Part shown: in pieces, positions 61,760 through 64,000 of the stretch
Layout of the letters: each line of letters begins with the position of its first letter
How positions within the stretch are numbered: position 1 is the stretch's first letter
From: Trueperaceae bacterium
Lineage (GTDB): Bacteria > Deinococcota > Deinococci > Deinococcales > Trueperaceae
Assembly (NCBI GenBank): GCA_965214405.1
Contig: OZ243956.1
Coordinates: forward strand, 2,080,001 to 2,144,000
Length of the DNA: 64,000 bases
Direction: 5' to 3'
Made by a program: the position numbers and the translations under genes
Notes under the pieces: model-generated
What the model was told of the DNA's origin: nothing
Databases searched by the model: none
The model's input: only the letters and a program-made list of their open reading frames with translations

Positions 61760-62332
61760 GTGCCGCCGGACGAGACGCAAACGCTGCTAACGGGTTTGCG
61801 CGACAAGCTCTTAACGCGAGAGCGTGAAAGGATGCGCATCTCGGGTTTCCGGCCCGCGGCGGTGTTGGTGCCGCTACTTAAAGGTGAGGGAGGGCTCGAG
61901 CTTCTCTTCACGGTGCGCTCACACGGTTTGTCGAACCACGCGGGGCAAATCGCTTTTCCCGGCGGGCGGCTCGATGCGGGGGAAACGCTCGAGGAGGCCG
62001 CAGTGCGCGAGACCGCCGAGGAAACGGGGCTGGTGGTGGAGCCGCGCGGCTTACTGGGCCGTTTAGACGACCATCCCTCACCCGCCGGTTACATCGTCAC
62101 GCCCGTGGTGGGCGTGCCTCTATGGCCGCAGCCCCTCACCCTCAATCCCGCTGAAGTCGCCGAAGCCTTCTGTGTGCCCTTGGCGAACTTACGCGCCCTC
62201 ACCCCCCGCAGCGAGGAGCGGCGGCTCGAGCACTACCGCCGCCGCCTCCATTTCTACACCTGGGAGGAACGGCTGATCTGGGGCGTGACGGGGAATATTC
62301 TCAAGAATTTGCTAGACGTAGTAGAGCAGTGA
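61760..62332 (+). CDS. Nudix CoA pyrophosphatase
   Basis: [22 protein letters not shown], Nudix box, IWG.T; start approximate. Confidence 0.85.
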   Translation: MPPDETQTLLTGLRDKLLTRERERMRISGFRPAAVLVPLLKGEGGLELLFTVRSHGLSNHAGQIAFPGGRLDAGETLEEAAVRETAEETGLVVEPRGLLGRLDDHPSPAGYIVTPVVGVPLWPQPLTLNPAEVAEAFCVPLANLRALTPRSEERRLEHYRRRLHFYTWEERLIWGVTGNILKNLLDVVEQ

Positions 62333-62386
62333 TGAGTGGTGAGTGACTAGTTTTTCTAACCACCAGCCACTCACCACTCACCACTA
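62329..62386. repeat. Heptamer-built palindromic repeat, copy 1
   Basis: TGAGTGG/TGAGTGA arm, TTTTTC spacer, (CCACTCA)n arm. Confidence 0.7.
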
Positions 62387-62442
62387 TGAAATTCCTCACT
62401 ATCCAACCTCCTGGTTATCTGCGCACATGCTAGCCTAGAAGG

Positions 62443-63897
62443 GTGAAACGCCGCGATTTGCGCGTGGTCCGCGGGGACGTCAAGTTCAATTTTTCAACCG
62501 GGGCGATTGTCGAGTCGCTTCAGGGGGCGGGTGTGCCGACGGACGAGGCCATCGCCATCGCCAGGAGTGCAGAAAAACACTACCGGGGCGGGAGCAAGAA
62601 AAATATCCCCTTGGACAAGCTGGTTGAATACCTTACTGGAATGATTGAGAAAGAAGTGAACGAGGGGACGGCGGCGCGTTTCGAACATCAGACGCCGCCC
62701 TTTGTGTCCCTGACGGTCGAGTCAAAAGGCGAGGACGCGCCCTTTTCGCGGCGGACGCTGGCGGCGTCGCTGGAAAAGCTCGAGCTGCCCTTCAAGGAAG
62801 CGCACGCGTTTGCGCAGGGGGTCGAGCAAAGCTTGCGCACCGAGGGTTTAGAGAGGATGAGCAAGCGCGACCTCGTGCTCCGGGTGGCGCTGGGCTTAGA
62901 AGCGCGCTTTGGCCGCGACTTGCGCCGCCGCTACGAGGCGCAGACGCTCCAGCAGGCCGACCTGGTCGTGACCGAGCCCGGCGGGGTAAGTTTTCCGTAC
63001 TCGAGGGGCATCTTAGCGCAGTCTCTCATGGCCATCGGCTTGGGTCCCGAACTCTCGCACAACCTCGCCAAACGCGTCGAGGACGCCTTTTGGCGCAGCG
63101 GCAGGCGCAGCGTGGACCGCGCCGAGGTGCGGAGCGCCGTCCGCGCGCTCCTGCTGGAGGAGGCGGGCGAGGAGTTCGCGCGCCGCTACGACCTCATGCG
63201 GAGCGTGCGCCGCCCCGAAAGGCCCATCATGGTGCTTATTGGCGGCGCGCCGGGGGTGGGCAAGTCGACGCTGGCGTCCGAGCTGGGTTACCGGCTGGGC
63301 GTTCCGCGCGTCGTCTCGTCGGATTCGGTGCGGCAGGCGCTCCGCTCGCTCATTTCCGCCGAGCTGAGTCCCGCACTCCACGCCTCCTCCTTTTCCGCCT
63401 GGCGCGCCGAACTCTTGCCCGGCGAGGGGGGCAACGCCAAACCGAAGCGCAAGCGCGTCGTACGCGGGTTTCAGCGTCAGGTGCAGCAGCTCGGCACCGC
63501 GCTCTCGGCGGTCGTGCGCCGCAACATCGACGAGTACACCTCAGTGATTGTCGAGGGCATCCACTTGGTGCCCGGTTTCTTGCCTACCGACGAGTTTAGC
63601 GACGCCACCGTGGTCGAGTTCGTGCTCGCGGTCAAAGACGAGGACGCGCACCGGGGTCACTTCAGCCAGCGCGAGGCGCAGACCCACCGCCGCCGCCCCC
63701 GCGAAACCTACCTGGCGCACTTCGAAGAGATCCGCATCCTCCAAACCTTTATTGTCTCGCGCGCCGAAGAGGAGGGCGTCCCCGTCATCGAAGCGGGCGA
63801 CTTCGACAGCGCCGTCGAGGGGGCGATTGAGCTTGTGCTCAACGCTGTTTTGGTCGAGTCTTTGGAAGAGCACGCTGAGACAGTGGTGAGTGATTAG
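62443..63897 (+). CDS. Triple ATP-cone + 2-phosphoglycerate-kinase-like P-loop kinase
   Basis: Three (P)(F/Y)S....L..SL repeats; Walker A GAPGVGKS; EG.HL.P. Confidence 0.78.
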   Translation: MKRRDLRVVRGDVKFNFSTGAIVESLQGAGVPTDEAIAIARSAEKHYRGGSKKNIPLDKLVEYLTGMIEKEVNEGTAARFEHQTPPFVSLTVESKGEDAPFSRRTLAASLEKLELPFKEAHAFAQGVEQSLRTEGLERMSKRDLVLRVALGLEARFGRDLRRRYEAQTLQQADLVVTEPGGVSFPYSRGILAQSLMAIGLGPELSHNLAKRVEDAFWRSGRRSVDRAEVRSAVRALLLEEAGEEFARRYDLMRSVRRPERPIMVLIGGAPGVGKSTLASELGYRLGVPRVVSSDSVRQALRSLISAELSPALHASSFSAWRAELLPGEGGNAKPKRKRVVRGFQRQVQQLGTALSAVVRRNIDEYTSVIVEGIHLVPGFLPTDEFSDATVVEFVLAVKDEDAHRGHFSQREAQTHRRRPRETYLAHFEEIRILQTFIVSRAEEEGVPVIEAGDFDSAVEGAIELVLNAVLVESLEEHAETVVSD

Positions 63898-63927
63898 TGG
63901 TTAGTTTTTTCTCATCACTCACCACTG
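63881..63927. repeat. Heptamer-built palindromic repeat, copy 2
   Basis: Perfect 14-bp inverted repeat CAGTGGTGAGTGAT / ATCACTCACCACTG with a T-rich loop. Confidence 0.75.
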
Positions 63928-64000
63928 CTTGACCTATAGCGATTTTTATCCGCACTAGGTGAGTTCAACGCAGATACCATCACCGTAACTACGTCCTGAA

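Noticed and set aside
63928..64000. Possible 3' end of a minus-strand gene at the window edge
   Set aside because: Too short to assign a frame or product

Overview
GC-rich bacterial chromosomal window, most likely Deinococcota (Truepera-like). This assignment is inferred from the gene content and the many leaderless starts, not from a database search. Housekeeping genes are tig-clpP-clpX, Rrf2-iscS, rho, a T-box-controlled ileS, ubiX-ispD-ispE, a GH42 beta-galactosidase, mmsA, two M3 oligopeptidases, acs, and pgeF-mazG-Nudix followed by a triple ATP-cone kinase. Accessory material comprises two PIN toxin-antitoxin pairs, an RHH + 2-TM pair, an intact IS4 and ISAs1 (both with TIRs and target duplications), a tnpA-only IS200, an IS982-like remnant and a 187-bp MITE. 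A 12-kb, ten-gene glycosylation cluster (GT2/GT4, GT-C-like, DUF1616-like, GH26, flippase, alpha/alpha-toroid enzyme) sits next to a lectin-LRR protein. The main unexplained signals are: (i) a HIP1-like, highly iterated CTCGAG palindrome that is missing from the IS elements; (ii) an unannotated 26-codon leader ORF coupled to rho; (iii) the MITE; (iv) a heptamer-built palindromic repeat family; and (v) the glycosylation cluster, which has no recognisable priming, polymer-length or outer-membrane export genes. No rRNA, tRNA or CRISPR array was seen.
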